Shown: one piece after another, positions 1-9,174 of the stretch
How the letters are laid out: every line of letters starts with the position of its first letter
Numbering within the stretch: the first letter of the stretch is position 1
Source: a virus
Taxonomy: Duplodnaviria; Caudoviricetes
DNA: 28,610 bases
Virus record (IMG/VR): IMGVR_UViG_3300037780_000197
Span: 1-28,610 of that record
Direction: 5' to 3' (one strand)
Program-made: the position numbers and the translations under genes
The notes under the pieces: model-generated
The model's database searches: none
Seen by the model: the letters and a program-made list of their open reading frames with translations, nothing else
What the model was told of the DNA's origin: nothing

Positions 1-2541
1 GGCGCGTCCGGTGTCGATCCGTTCGCCGGTCCTGCTGACCGACTGCTGGACCACGCGGCCCGGGCCGTCGATCTTGATCGTCGCGTTCACATTGTGCTCG
101 GTCGCGACGTTGACATCGTGCTGCTGCGGCTCGAAGCCGATCGTCACCCCATCGCCTGTCATGCGGGACATGACACCGGCCGGCAGATCGAGCCGCGGCA
201 TCGGATCGTTCTGGTTGGCGGCACCCAGCCGGGCTGCTTTGCCGGCAGCCGTGACGGGTGCGGTCGGATCGGCAAGCACTGTGCCAGGCGGCAGCCTGTT
301 GCCGCCCGCATTGTCGCCAAACAGGCGCTTCCACCAGGTCGGCGGCTCGGGCCATTGGATGGCGTTGCTCCAGTCGAGCGAGAATTCGAAGCCCGACAAG
401 TCTTGCAACAGCTGATCGAGATCGCGCAGCCAGCCCAGCGCGGTTTCGAACACGTCAGCGCCCGAACCAAGCAGCCTTTGCCAGTCGATCGGCTGACCCT
501 GTGCCCAATTGCTCAACGCCGTCACGCCTTCGACCAGGGCTGTCAGCACGGCAAGGGCCGCCTCGACCGAGGCGCCAGTCAGCTTGGCGACGCCGCCGGC
601 CAACCTTCCGAACCATTCACCGAACGCCTCCAGCGATCCCTCGTCGACACCGACGTCGACCAGCGCGATCAGCCCCTTCAGCGAACGCAGCAGCCGGCCG
701 AGCGCGCTGCCCAACTCGCCGAGCTGCTCGCCGGCCGCGCCCCAGCGCTCGAAGATCCCCGGAAGTTGCTCGGCAAAACCCGCCCGGGCACCGCTGCCAA
801 GTTCCGCCAACCCGTCGCGCACATCGGCGGCGATGGACGTCACGCGGTCCGACCAGGTCTGCAGCCGGCTCGTGTCGGTTAGATAGTCGTAAGCCCCGGC
901 AGCGCTGGCCCGGATGCCGTTCCATGCGTCGGCCGTCGTTGCGCGAACCCGGCGCCACTGTGCCCCCAGCATGGGTGCCAGCCGCGTCCACGTGGCACGC
1001 ATCCATCGCCAGGCATCGCCGGCCCGCCGGCGGATGCCGCGCCAGGCATTGCGGCCGGCATCGCTCAACCGGTCCCATTGCTTGGCGAACCAGGGCGCCA
1101 GATCGTCCCAACGCTTGTAGATCTCGACGGCGCCCCACGCGAGCAGGCCGATCGCCAGCCCTACCGGGGACAGGATCAGGGCGGCTGCCGACGCCAGAAG
1201 GCCGAACCCGGCCGTGATCAGCGGCAGCACGAAGCCGAGCGCGCCCAGCCCGGCCGCAGCGATTGATGCCGCTGCGGCAAACGACAGCACCTGTTCGCGC
1301 ACGCCGGGAAATCGGTTGTCGAGCCGCGCAATGTATTCGGTGAACTGCATCAGGAGCCCGTTCACGGTCGGCAGCCAGGCATTGTAGGCATCGCCCAGGT
1401 CCCGGGACCGCTGGGTCATGATCTCGTTGAAAATCAGCCTTTGCCGCTGCGGCCCCGCCATCTGGGTCGCGAAGTCGGCACCGATGACGGACCGGTCACC
1501 CGCCGCTACTGCATCGCGGATGCGCCTGTACTCCTCGAGGTTCGCCATCATCGGGATCAGGAAGTCCAGCACCTGCTGATCACCAAAGAGCTGCGAGAGT
1601 TTTTCGGCGCCGCCGATCTTCTCGAGGCTTTCCCGGACATGGTCGAGCGCGTCAGCCCCCGACAGCCCCATGGCCTCGGCCTGTTCCATGTAACCCTGGA
1701 TCGCATCGGCGCCGACGCCGGTCAGGTCCTGGGTCTTGGCGATCACCGCCTCGACCGGGTTGATGCCCTTGGAGACCGCGTCCTGCATCACGGCGACGAT
1801 ATCGACACCGGCCTCCTTGAACCGCTTGATCGTGTCCGGCGAGGCGATCTTGGCCAGAAAGTTCCGGAAGTTGTTCGCCGCCTGGGCCGGATCGGCAGCG
1901 CCCTTCATGGCGATCTGCAGCCCGGCGCCCAGAACGGCGACCGCCTCATGGCCGGTCACGCCGAGCTTTTGCATCTGCGCGGTGAGGGCAGGGAAGAACT
2001 TGGCCATCTCCTTGAGCTCGAACCGGCCCTCCTTGCCGGCGATCACCAGCTGGCCCAGCGCGTCCTCCATCCGGTCGGCCGGCACTTCCAGCGCGTCCGA
2101 CAGTGCAAAGGCCACGCTGGCAATGTCGGTGATCTCCGAACTGGTGGCGGTCGCAACGCGGCTGATCGGCGCGAGCATCTGGTCGATCAGCGCGTCATCC
2201 ATGCCCGCAGCCTTCAGCTGCCCGGCGGCATCGCCGATCGACCGCGAGAACTGGCCCGTCGCCAGAGCCAGGCTCTCATACAAGGCTGTCGTTGTTTCGA
2301 TGTATGTCGACACCTCTGTCGCGGCGACCCCGGCGGTGACGGCCGTGTCACGCAGCACCTGATCGAACGCCGCCGCCTCATTGGCCGGGCCCGCGAAGGA
2401 CAACCCGGCGAGAAGACCACCCACGGCGCCGACCTGCCGGGCGAACCGGCCGAGCCCGCTCAAACGTTGCTGAAGCCGGCCAAGTCCGCCGGACAGCCGG
2501 TCGCGGAGGCGAACCAGGACGTCCATCGTCATGGTCGACAT
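1..2541 (-). CDS. Tail tape measure protein (3' end truncated by window edge)
   Basis: ATG at 2541 (MSTMTMDVLVRLRDRLSGGLGRLQQRL...). The same frame reads ...GRVVQQSVSRTGERIDTGRA at the left edge; it is absent from the ORF track, consistent with no stop inside the window. Ala/Gly-rich and directly downstream of the tail chaperone. Confidence 0.92.
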   Translation of the reverse strand, partial: MSTMTMDVLVRLRDRLSGGLGRLQQRLSGLGRFARQVGAVGGLLAGLSFAGPANEAAAFDQVLRDTAVTAGVAATEVSTYIETTTALYESLALATGQFSRSIGDAAGQLKAAGMDDALIDQMLAPISRVATATSSEITDIASVAFALSDALEVPADRMEDALGQLVIAGKEGRFELKEMAKFFPALTAQMQKLGVTGHEAVAVLGAGLQIAMKGAADPAQAANNFRNFLAKIASPDTIKRFKEAGVDIVAVMQDAVSKGINPVEAVIAKTQDLTGVGADAIQGYMEQAEAMGLSGADALDHVRESLEKIGGAEKLSQLFGDQQVLDFLIPMMANLEEYRRIRDAVAAGDRSVIGADFATQMAGPQRQRLIFNEIMTQRSRDLGDAYNAWLPTVNGLLMQFTEYIARLDNRFPGVREQVLSFAAAASIAAAGLGALGFVLPLITAGFGLLASAAALILSPVGLAIGLLAWGAVEIYKRWDDLAPWFAKQWDRLSDAGRNAWRGIRRRAGDAWRWMRATWTRLAPMLGAQWRRVRATTADAWNGIRASAAGAYDYLTDTSRLQTWSDRVTSIAADVRDGLAELGSGARAGFAEQLPGIFERWGAAGEQLGELGSALGRLLRSLKGLIALVDVGVDEGSLEAFGEWFGRLAGGVAKLTGASVEAALAVLTALVEGVTALSNWAQGQPIDWQRLLGSGADVFETALGWLRDLDQLLQDLSGFEFSLDWSNAIQWPEPPTWWKRLFGDNAGGNRLPPGTVLADPTAPVTAAGKAARLGAANQNDPMPRLDLPAGVMSRMTGDGVTIGFEPQQHDVNVATEHNVNATIKIDGPGRVVQQSVSRTGERIDTGRA

Positions 2542-2545
2542 GGGC

Positions 2546-2710
2546 CTACCCTTTCCACTCCTTTTGGAGCCTGCGGCCGGCCATCACGCACCCCCACCAG
2601 AAGGCAAGCCGGCCCGGATCGAACGCTTCGATCTCGTCGGCTGAAAAGCCTGTCGCCTCGGCGATCACCCCGAAGCGGGCGTCGTAATCGTCCGGCCACT
2701 GGCCAAAAAA
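2546..2710 (-). CDS. -1 frameshift extension of the tail assembly chaperone (gpGT/E+E'-type)
   Basis: Slippery TTTTTTG (minus strand 2710-2704) in CAT TTT TTG; the -1 frame reads FGQWPDDYDARFGVIAEATGFSADEIEAFDPGRLAFWWGCVMAGRRLQKEWKG* and ends 4 nt before the tape measure ATG. Confidence 0.85.
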   Translation of the reverse strand, partial: FFGQWPDDYDARFGVIAEATGFSADEIEAFDPGRLAFWWGCVMAGRRLQKEWKG

Positions 2711-3147
2711 TGGTTGAGGACCTGCCCGGCCTGCATGATGTCGTAATCGATCATCCGGTCGAACAGACCGTTCATCACCGCCTGGTTGGTCCGCGTCGAC
2801 CGCGCCAGCCCCGTGACCACGCGGTGCTCTTCGGCCACTCCGTTGATGGCGCGAATGTCCGCGCCCGTCATGCGGTGCAGCGTCAGCGTCCCGAAATGCT
2901 TCTCGCGAACCTTGCCCTCTTTCCGGGTCTTCAGCGTCACAGGCCGGGACAGGGTGATGGTGACCGAACCGTCGGCGTTCACGACGGCGCCCTTGGGCAG
3001 CTGGTCGCGAGGGTCGAGATCCTCGTCTATCACATCGTCCTCTGGCTTGGCGTCCTCGGCAATCACCGCATCGCTGGTTGCGATCGGCTCCTCGCGTTCG
3101 TCAATGACCGGCGCGTCATTGGTCAGATCGATCTGTGTCTTGCCCAT
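2665..3147 (-). CDS. Tail assembly chaperone (Mu gp41-like)
   Basis: Between tube and tape measure genes; LHRMTGADIRAI and LARSTRTNQAVMNGLFDRMIDYDI pattern; SD GAGGAG before ATG 3147. Confidence 0.85.
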   Translation of the reverse strand: MGKTQIDLTNDAPVIDEREEPIATSDAVIAEDAKPEDDVIDEDLDPRDQLPKGAVVNADGSVTITLSRPVTLKTRKEGKVREKHFGTLTLHRMTGADIRAINGVAEEHRVVTGLARSTRTNQAVMNGLFDRMIDYDIMQAGQVLNHFLASGRTITTPASG

Positions 3148-3190
3148 CAAAGGCTCCTCATTGCGCGTTCAGGGATGGTTCAGCGGCCGG

Positions 3191-3547
3191 TTAGAGGATC
3201 TCCTCGGGGGCGGACGCCATCCACTTGAGCTCGATCTTGCCTCCTTCGCCGCCGGTGATATCGGGGCGCTCGGTAAGAAATGCGTCGGCCATCACGAACG
3301 TCTGGCCGGTGTCGCACAGGACCTGCAATTCGCCTTCGGCCTCGGTCCACAATTCGGAGAAGCGCTGGCCGCGCTCCAGGTTGGTGGTCGCCGTCACCTC
3401 CGATCCGACGAACTCCTGGGCGCGGCCGACCTTGCGCCCGTAGGTGACACCCGTGTTCTGGATGCCACCCACCTTGATCTTGGCGCCCTTTTCGACGGGA
3501 ACGTTCATGCCCCGCCAAACGATATCGACGATGCCGAGTACCTGCAT
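3191..3547 (-). CDS. Tail tube protein (Mu gpM-like)
   Basis: 118 aa immediately after the sheath gene; CDTGQTFVMADAF...GEGGKIELKW pattern; AAAGGA SD. Confidence 0.88.
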   Translation of the reverse strand: MQVLGIVDIVWRGMNVPVEKGAKIKVGGIQNTGVTYGRKVGRAQEFVGSEVTATTNLERGQRFSELWTEAEGELQVLCDTGQTFVMADAFLTERPDITGGEGGKIELKWMASAPEEIL

Positions 3548-3561
3548 GGGTCAGTCCTTTC

Positions 3562-5064
3562 CTAGACCTGGAATTCCAACGCGCCGGCGAGCACCATCAG
3601 ATTGCCCGCGATCTTCACCTGCTGGCGCGCGTTGAGCCGGTTGTCGTCATCGGGATCGATCTGGAAGACGCTCTCGGCGATCGTCCGCTCGGCCTGCTGT
3701 ATCCAGACGCGGTCGGCATAGAGACGGCAGCGGCCGGCCCAGGAGCCGTACATGCGCTTGGGTGTGACGACGGAATTGCCTTCGCCGGCGTTCCGCTCGC
3801 CCGGTGGCGAGATGAAGGCCGCCGTGTCCTCGTCGGCGATCAGCTTGGCGCGCGGGTAGAGCAGCGACACATAGGCCGCCCAGTCATAGCGGATACGGCT
3901 CATCGTGGCGGGCACCATGATGTCCAGCCAGGCGCGATCGGCGGTTTCCAGATTGGACACCTTGTAGCTGGTGATCATACGGCTGATCGTGGTTGTGCCG
4001 TCCGGCAGATGGTCGAACGTGGAGATCCCGGCCTGCAGAAGCAGGTTCTGCTCCTCTTCGGTGAAGCGGTCGACCTCGTCGGGGGCGGTGATCCCGGGCA
4101 GGGGCAGCGACTTGAGCTGGCGGGCCGGGTCGTTGGTCAGGTGGAACGTGGCCACCGCACAGCAGACCGCCGATAGCGCCCAGGGAGACGACGGTGACCT
4201 GTCGAGGCCGGACTTCGTGATGAACGGCGAGTTGGTCAGCGCGCCGAAGGTGATCTGTTCGCCGAACGTGCCGCGCTTGCCGACGAAGGCATGGCAATCG
4301 AGCTTGCTCATTGCCTGATAACGCCGCGCCATGTCTGTGGCGAGCGCCGTCATGTTGGTCGCGTCGTTCCACGGCCACTGCACTTGCGTGTACCAGTCGT
4401 TGATGACCGCATCGAGCGCCGCCTGGCCGTCCGGGTTGCCGGCGCCGTTCGACATGCCGGCGATCGTGACCGTCAGACCGTCCGGCACCGGCTGCGCCTT
4501 GGTATCGACACGCAGGTCGATCTCGTTGCCCACCTCTCCGCCGTGCCGGCAGGTGACGGTCACCACGGCTGCCGCCGCCGCCGCAGTCACCGGGAGTGCG
4601 GTTTCCGCGTTGATCGCGTCGGCCAGGGCGGAGGCCATGTCGGCGACCGCGTCACCCGTGCCGGCCGTGATCCGCACTTGGCGGTTGTTGATGCGGAAAC
4701 GCAGCACGGTCGCCGCGGGGACCGTGCCTGCGAATGTGACGGTGCCCGCTGCCTTGACCGCACCGGCGGCGTCTTCGAGCGCGGTGACGAAGAGCGGCGT
4801 CACCGTGTTGGCCTTGCGGAAGGCGTTGACCTGTTCAGCGCCGATCGAGCCGGCACCGAAGAGCTGCTCGGCCTCGCCCGCGCGGGTGACCTGACGCACC
4901 TGACCTTCCGCCAACGTGCCGCCCGCCAGCTTCTGGCCAACGATCAGGACACGCGCCGGGTAGGGCAGGATGCCCACATCGGCATAGTTGGGCCGAACCT
5001 CGAGGAAGGTGCCGGGCTCGAGCCAGTCGAACGGGATTTCATCGAAGGTGATCGGGTCCATCAC
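3562..5064 (-). CDS. Tail sheath protein (Mu gpL-like)
   Basis: 500 aa; LIVGQKL...A..LFGAGS N-terminus, DPARQLKSLPLPG, EQNLLLQAGIST and DPDDDNRLN motifs typical of Mu-type sheath. Confidence 0.95.
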   Translation of the reverse strand: MMDPITFDEIPFDWLEPGTFLEVRPNYADVGILPYPARVLIVGQKLAGGTLAEGQVRQVTRAGEAEQLFGAGSIGAEQVNAFRKANTVTPLFVTALEDAAGAVKAAGTVTFAGTVPAATVLRFRINNRQVRITAGTGDAVADMASALADAINAETALPVTAAAAAAVVTVTCRHGGEVGNEIDLRVDTKAQPVPDGLTVTIAGMSNGAGNPDGQAALDAVINDWYTQVQWPWNDATNMTALATDMARRYQAMSKLDCHAFVGKRGTFGEQITFGALTNSPFITKSGLDRSPSSPWALSAVCCAVATFHLTNDPARQLKSLPLPGITAPDEVDRFTEEEQNLLLQAGISTFDHLPDGTTTISRMITSYKVSNLETADRAWLDIMVPATMSRIRYDWAAYVSLLYPRAKLIADEDTAAFISPPGERNAGEGNSVVTPKRMYGSWAGRCRLYADRVWIQQAERTIAESVFQIDPDDDNRLNARQQVKIAGNLMVLAGALEFQV

Positions 5065-5315
5065 TTGCTTCCCTTCTTGTTGTCAGCACCCTCTTGCGCC
5101 TTGGCTTCTCCGGCGCGGTGCGCCGCTTCGGCATCAAGGTCGATGACGTCGCCGACACGAACGCGGCGTCGCCAGTAAGAGCTCGAGACTACGGCGATTT
5201 CGGTGGGCGCTGGGTTGCGGTCGCGACCGCTGGACTTGGTCGGCCATGCCGAGCCGTCCTCGAGCGGCACCGTGCGGCCGGGTGCGGGTTTCAGGCGCAG
5301 TTTGTCTTTGGCCAT
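5061..5315 (-). CDS. Mu gp38-like protein (DUF2635-like)
   Basis: LKPAPGRTVP...YWRRRVRVGDV motif; position just upstream of the sheath gene. Confidence 0.85.
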   Translation of the reverse strand: MAKDKLRLKPAPGRTVPLEDGSAWPTKSSGRDRNPAPTEIAVVSSSYWRRRVRVGDVIDLDAEAAHRAGEAKAQEGADNKKGSK

Positions 5316-5317
5316 GG

Positions 5318-5917
5318 TCAGCCCTCTTGGTTCTGTTCAAGCGTCTGGGTTCCGGTCGCCGGCGGTGTTTCGCTGCCGGCCAGCCATTGAATGTCGATGG
5401 CCGCGAGGTCAGCCGCCGTCTTGAACTGCATGGCCGCCAGCCGCGCCACATAGGCGACGCTGAAATCGACCTGGGCGATGGCGACGTCGTCATCCTCGTT
5501 GCCCTCGGCGAAGACCGCCTTGGCGCCGGTCACCGTCACGGCCCCGATACCTTCGACGGTCCAGCCATTCAGGATCAGCGAGAGCACATCGATCATGGCG
5601 TCCAGTCCGATGTCGCGGGCATCGCCCTTGAAGCGTGCCTCGAGCGTGCGCGCCGAAGTGATCAGGATGGCGCGCCACTGCATCTTCGCTTTCAACTGCC
5701 GGCTGTTGGCGGCGTCGGGATCGAGGCCCAGCCAGGCCAGGCCGATGAACGGCGTGGCGCGCGCATGGCGTTGGAACTCGCGCAGCGTCATCGTCGACGG
5801 CACGCGCTCAATGGTGAAGTTGCGCGGTGGAAAGGCGAGGTGCAGCCGGTCGACGATCGGTTGTTCGATCGTTGCGATCGGTGCGGTCTCCAGCGTTGCG
5901 GGCGTCAGTTCGGCCAT
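5318..5917 (-). CDS. Mu gp37-like tail completion/terminator protein (DUF1834-like)
   Basis: Start MAELTPA at 5917 overlapping the gp36 stop (TGATG); synteny between gp36 and gp38. Confidence 0.8.
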   Translation of the reverse strand: MAELTPATLETAPIATIEQPIVDRLHLAFPPRNFTIERVPSTMTLREFQRHARATPFIGLAWLGLDPDAANSRQLKAKMQWRAILITSARTLEARFKGDARDIGLDAMIDVLSLILNGWTVEGIGAVTVTGAKAVFAEGNEDDDVAIAQVDFSVAYVARLAAMQFKTAADLAAIDIQWLAGSETPPATGTQTLEQNQEG

Positions 5918-6357
5918 CACCAGCGCCCCAACTCGTCGGCCGAGAAGGTCGGCTGCCGGTCTGATGCGCGCGCGCCGGGGCCGGTCGCCGTGTGACCGCT
6001 TGCGTTCCGCCGATCGATCTCGAGCGAGACATGGTTGGCAGCGATACGCTCGAGCCATTTGATCGTGTCGGCGCGGTCCTTGCCCATCTGTTCGGTCGGC
6101 TCCATGCGTGCACCCTGGGACAGATCGTGGCGCGCCAGAATGCAAGCCGCGCGGATCAGAGGCTTGGGCACGGAGGGCTGAACCGGCAGTGCGTAGTGGT
6201 TGCGCAGATAGCTGTCGATCAACGCCGATGCGTCTGTCAGGGCCGTTTCGATCCGGTCGGCATCCACCGTTTCCGCGGTGCGGTCTTCCGGACACGACAG
6301 ACGGATCATCTCGGTCTCACCGAAGCGGTCGATCATGTCATGGGCTGTCGCGTACAT
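5917..6357 (-). CDS. Mu gp36-like head-tail connector (DUF1320/gp436 family)
   Basis: MYAT..DMIDRFGE.E, ALTDASALIDSYL...Y.LP, and IKWLERIA motifs; GAGGT SD. Confidence 0.92.
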   Translation of the reverse strand: MYATAHDMIDRFGETEMIRLSCPEDRTAETVDADRIETALTDASALIDSYLRNHYALPVQPSVPKPLIRAACILARHDLSQGARMEPTEQMGKDRADTIKWLERIAANHVSLEIDRRNASGHTATGPGARASDRQPTFSADELGRW

Positions 6358-6375
6358 GTCTACCTCGAAAGACTT

Positions 6376-6454
6376 GGGGAGGCGGGCTGAACCCCTACGG
6401 TCGGACCGTCCTCAAAGAGTGCTGGGAGCCTTGCGAGCCGTACCAGACCTCCCC
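6376..6454 (-). other. Structured intergenic element (multi-stem junction), possible cis-regulatory RNA
   Basis: GGGGAGG (6376-6382) complements CCTCCCC (6448-6454), enclosing ACGGT-cgg-ACCGT, CTC-aaa-GAG and CTGG...CCAG stems. Confidence 0.45.
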
Positions 6455-6461
6455 CTCGGGG

Positions 6462-6776
6462 TTATTCCTTGGCCGCTTCCAGCGCGGCCTTGATCTCGGC
6501 GCCTGTCACCTTGAACCCGGCGATCTCCGAAACCGTGGCGACCGTGGCATTCTGGCCCTCGGGGACCTTACCGACGGCTGTAGCGATTGCCGCGCGGCGC
6601 TCCTCGCTGCTCGGGACCGGTGCCTGGTCGCTGGCATCGATGACGGCAAAGGCAGGGTCCGCATCGATCGCTTCCCACTGTTCGGCCGTGAACGCATCGT
6701 CGGGATGGTCGGCCCTGGCCGGATGCGCGACGCCCGCGCGGCGCATGCCGGGTCTGCTGCAGATGATCGTTTTCAT
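6462..6776 (-). CDS. HI1506-like Mu-prophage protein (gp35 position)
   Basis: RPGMRRAGVAHP...FTAEQWEAIDADP motif; ATG 6776 after GGAG; follows the major capsid gene. Confidence 0.8.
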   Translation of the reverse strand: MKTIICSRPGMRRAGVAHPARADHPDDAFTAEQWEAIDADPAFAVIDASDQAPVPSSEERRAAIATAVGKVPEGQNATVATVSEIAGFKVTGAEIKAALEAAKE

Positions 6777-6787
6777 CTCCAGCCCCC

Positions 6788-7681
6788 TCACGCCAGGTCC
6801 GGAATGACGACCAGCTCGGCGGTGCCTTTCCAGATGTTGCTGTCTCCGCCGTCGATGAACTCGGCCTCGAGCAGCTTGCGTCCGGCCTGTTCCAGCGTCG
6901 GCGGTACCAGGAGTTTGGTCGGTCGGATCGCATTGGCGCGGCCGTCGCGGCGGCGGATGCCCATCATTGCCGTTCGGGCGGCTGCGTAGTTGTCGGGGGT
7001 CAGCACAGCCTTGGATTTGTGGATCGTCTGCCACAGTCCGTAGCCGGCGCCGGCCCGGCCATCGATGCCGTATTCGAACCGCCCCTTGTGGAAAACGTTC
7101 TCGTCGGTCAACGCATCCATCGCCGTCAGTTTGAAGGGCTTCCGGGTCTGATAGATGAGGGGTTTGACCACCTGGCTGTCGTCGACCAGATACCAGGGCG
7201 TTGCCGCTCCGGCGGTCAGGTTCGAGACGCTGATCTCGGCGCCGTCCTCGTCATAGCCGGGGTGATCTGTGTCGAAGAAATATTGACCGTCGTAGCAGAC
7301 CGAGGTCTCGCCCGCCTTCAGCAGCGGGAACACAAGATCGTCGGGGAAGGTGGCGCTGTCCTGGCCCCAACCGGCAATCGTCTGCGACAGAAAGCCGAGC
7401 TGGTCGTCCTCGATCTGGCTGCGTTTGACGCCGATCGTCTTCTCGTACTCCTTGTTGACGATGATCATCGCCTGCATCGACAGGTCGTGGACGACGCGAT
7501 CGCCGATCCACTCGCGGAAGCCGGGCAGATCGTCCATGCGCGGATACTGGTTGGCGGCCGTCGTCGAGTTCACCGTCATGGCGACATGCTGGTAGTGCGC
7601 CGTCGTCGCCTCGAGACGCGCGTTGAAGGCCGTAGAAAGACCGGTGAACAGCGCGGCCATCGTCGAACGATTGATATCCAT
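6788..7681 (-). CDS. Major capsid protein (Mu gpT-like)
   Basis: PGFREWIGDR, NKEYEKTIGVKRSQIEDD, CYDGQYFFDTDHP, KPLIYQTRK and P.KLLVPPTLE motifs. Confidence 0.96.
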   Translation of the reverse strand: MDINRSTMAALFTGLSTAFNARLEATTAHYQHVAMTVNSTTAANQYPRMDDLPGFREWIGDRVVHDLSMQAMIIVNKEYEKTIGVKRSQIEDDQLGFLSQTIAGWGQDSATFPDDLVFPLLKAGETSVCYDGQYFFDTDHPGYDEDGAEISVSNLTAGAATPWYLVDDSQVVKPLIYQTRKPFKLTAMDALTDENVFHKGRFEYGIDGRAGAGYGLWQTIHKSKAVLTPDNYAAARTAMMGIRRRDGRANAIRPTKLLVPPTLEQAGRKLLEAEFIDGGDSNIWKGTAELVVIPDLA

Positions 7682-7702
7682 GAAAAGGCTCCTTGCGCCT
7701 GG

Positions 7703-8098
7703 TCAGCCCAAATCGACCCAGTGGCCGTCGGCGTCGATCATCTTGAGGATGCCTGCGGGCAGCTCGCCGCCGGCATTGGTCAGTTGCAGCGTGTTGTCGT
7801 CGACTGCGTAGACGGTGGCCCCGATGTCGGCGACCGTTGCGGCAGCAACCGGGATGTTCCAGACGCCGCCCTCGACCTCGACCGTGATGTCGCCGTCGGC
7901 GCCCGTCGAATTGTCGACCCGCTCCTCGGAGAGGCCCACGACGACAGCGGCGTCCGCATGGTCGGGCTTGACCGCCATGCCGGCGGCCGTAATGGCCACA
8001 AGCGTTCGGCCATAGAACAGCTGGCCGGCCAGCACCGGAAAACCGAACCCGGTTCCGGGCTGGCGGCGGCCGATCTTCTGGTCATTGACGGCAGCCAT
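7703..8098 (-). CDS. Capsid decoration/cement protein
   Basis: 131 aa between protease and capsid genes; VDNSTGADGD and DIGATVYAVDDNT motifs. Confidence 0.75.
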   Translation of the reverse strand: MAAVNDQKIGRRQPGTGFGFPVLAGQLFYGRTLVAITAAGMAVKPDHADAAVVVGLSEERVDNSTGADGDITVEVEGGVWNIPVAAATVADIGATVYAVDDNTLQLTNAGGELPAGILKMIDADGHWVDLG

Positions 8099-8655
8099 CA
8101 GCCGTACTCCTTCATGATCTGCTTGTGTGTCTTGGCGTAGGCTTCGGGATCGAGGCCCATCAGCGCGATCACCTCCTGGCCGGCGGCATCGACGGCGCCG
8201 GCTTCGGTTTCGACGGGCGGCTTGGCGATCCCGCCCGCATTGATCGAGACGAATGCGTCGAGCTCCTTGGCAACGCCGTGTGGGTCCTTCATGTGCCGCG
8301 CGATGTAGTGATCGCGCAGCGAGGGCACGAGCTTGCCGGCCGCGATCGCAGCATCGACCACGTCGATGGCGGACTTCTTCGCAGTGGTTTCGGTCAGGCT
8401 CGTCAGCCGGGCGTTGAGCGACGTGATCTGCTCTTCCAGCCCGGCGATGACCTCGTCCTTGCCACCCTCTTCCGGCTTGGCCTTCAGGCGCGCATTGAGC
8501 GCGGTGATCACCGCATCGCCGTCCGCGTCGTCTTCGAGCGCAAGTGCCTTGCGCATGCTGGCAAGGGTCGCCTGAAGACCGCTGATCGCGGCGGTCGCGG
8601 CAGCGAGATCGGCGTCCGGCTTCAGGCCGAGCGCCTTGGCAATGGCTTCATCCAT
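8098..8655 (-). CDS. Internal in-frame scaffolding protein (Mu gpZ-like)
   Basis: AAAGGAG-N8-ATG at 8655 (MDEAIAKALGL...) immediately after the protease domain, as in the Mu I/Z arrangement. Confidence 0.7.
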   Translation of the reverse strand: MDEAIAKALGLKPDADLAAATAAISGLQATLASMRKALALEDDADGDAVITALNARLKAKPEEGGKDEVIAGLEEQITSLNARLTSLTETTAKKSAIDVVDAAIAAGKLVPSLRDHYIARHMKDPHGVAKELDAFVSINAGGIAKPPVETEAGAVDAAGQEVIALMGLDPEAYAKTHKQIMKEYG

Positions 8656-9117
8656 TGGCGCGTCTCCTTTCTTGTGGAGCGATTTCATTGTCAGGTTGGG
8701 ATCGTTGACGAGCGACGCGCGCAGGATCTGCGTGACCCGATGCGGCTTTTTCTCGGACGCCAGGAAAACCGGCGAGATGTAGGCGTAGGCACGGTCCTCG
8801 AGCAGCGCTTGGCCGGATGCGGTCCATTCCACCTGACCCCAGATACCGTCGTCTCGCGCTTCCATGGCGACGATCCAGCCGCGTGCCGGCGAGGGGTCGC
8901 CGTTTTCGCCCTTGATGTCGGTCGAGTGGTTCTCGTCGATCGGCAGTTTCTGCCCCGGTCGCATCGACGCCGCGATGATGGCGTCCATGTCGTCGACAGA
9001 GTAGGGACCGCGCCCGTCAGCGCCGTTGAAAGTGCCGGCCGGGATCAGCTGGACCCAGTCCGGCGCGGAGGCGGCCGTCGAAAGCGCGGTGGAATGAAGA
9101 CAGAGGAGCGTGTCCAT
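8098..9117 (-). CDS. Prohead protease/scaffold (Mu gpI-like)
   Basis: WVQLIPAG.F.G.DGRGP, LPIDENH, PARGWI, VEWT and YISPVF motifs plus a coiled-coil C-terminal half. Confidence 0.95.
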   Translation of the reverse strand: MDTLLCLHSTALSTAASAPDWVQLIPAGTFNGADGRGPYSVDDMDAIIAASMRPGQKLPIDENHSTDIKGENGDPSPARGWIVAMEARDDGIWGQVEWTASGQALLEDRAYAYISPVFLASEKKPHRVTQILRASLVNDPNLTMKSLHKKGDAPMDEAIAKALGLKPDADLAAATAAISGLQATLASMRKALALEDDADGDAVITALNARLKAKPEEGGKDEVIAGLEEQITSLNARLTSLTETTAKKSAIDVVDAAIAAGKLVPSLRDHYIARHMKDPHGVAKELDAFVSINAGGIAKPPVETEAGAVDAAGQEVIALMGLDPEAYAKTHKQIMKEYG

Positions 9118-9152
9118 GACGCCCTGTTTGGGCCATCGCTCCGCCTCTTGTC

Positions 9153-9169
9153 AGAATGGCCGACGCCAG
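9153..9169 (-). promoter_or_regulatory. Putative late-activator binding site upstream of the protease/head operon
   Basis: CTGGC-gtcg-GCCATTCT on the minus strand; identical flanks to the site at 17518-17534. Confidence 0.65.
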
Positions 9170-9174
9170 TGTGT

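Noticed and set aside
94-3228. Long + strand ORFs (94-882, 258-1217, 1441-3228)
   Set aside because: Antisense shadows of the GC-rich tape measure and chaperone genes; no recognisable domains, SDs or coupling.
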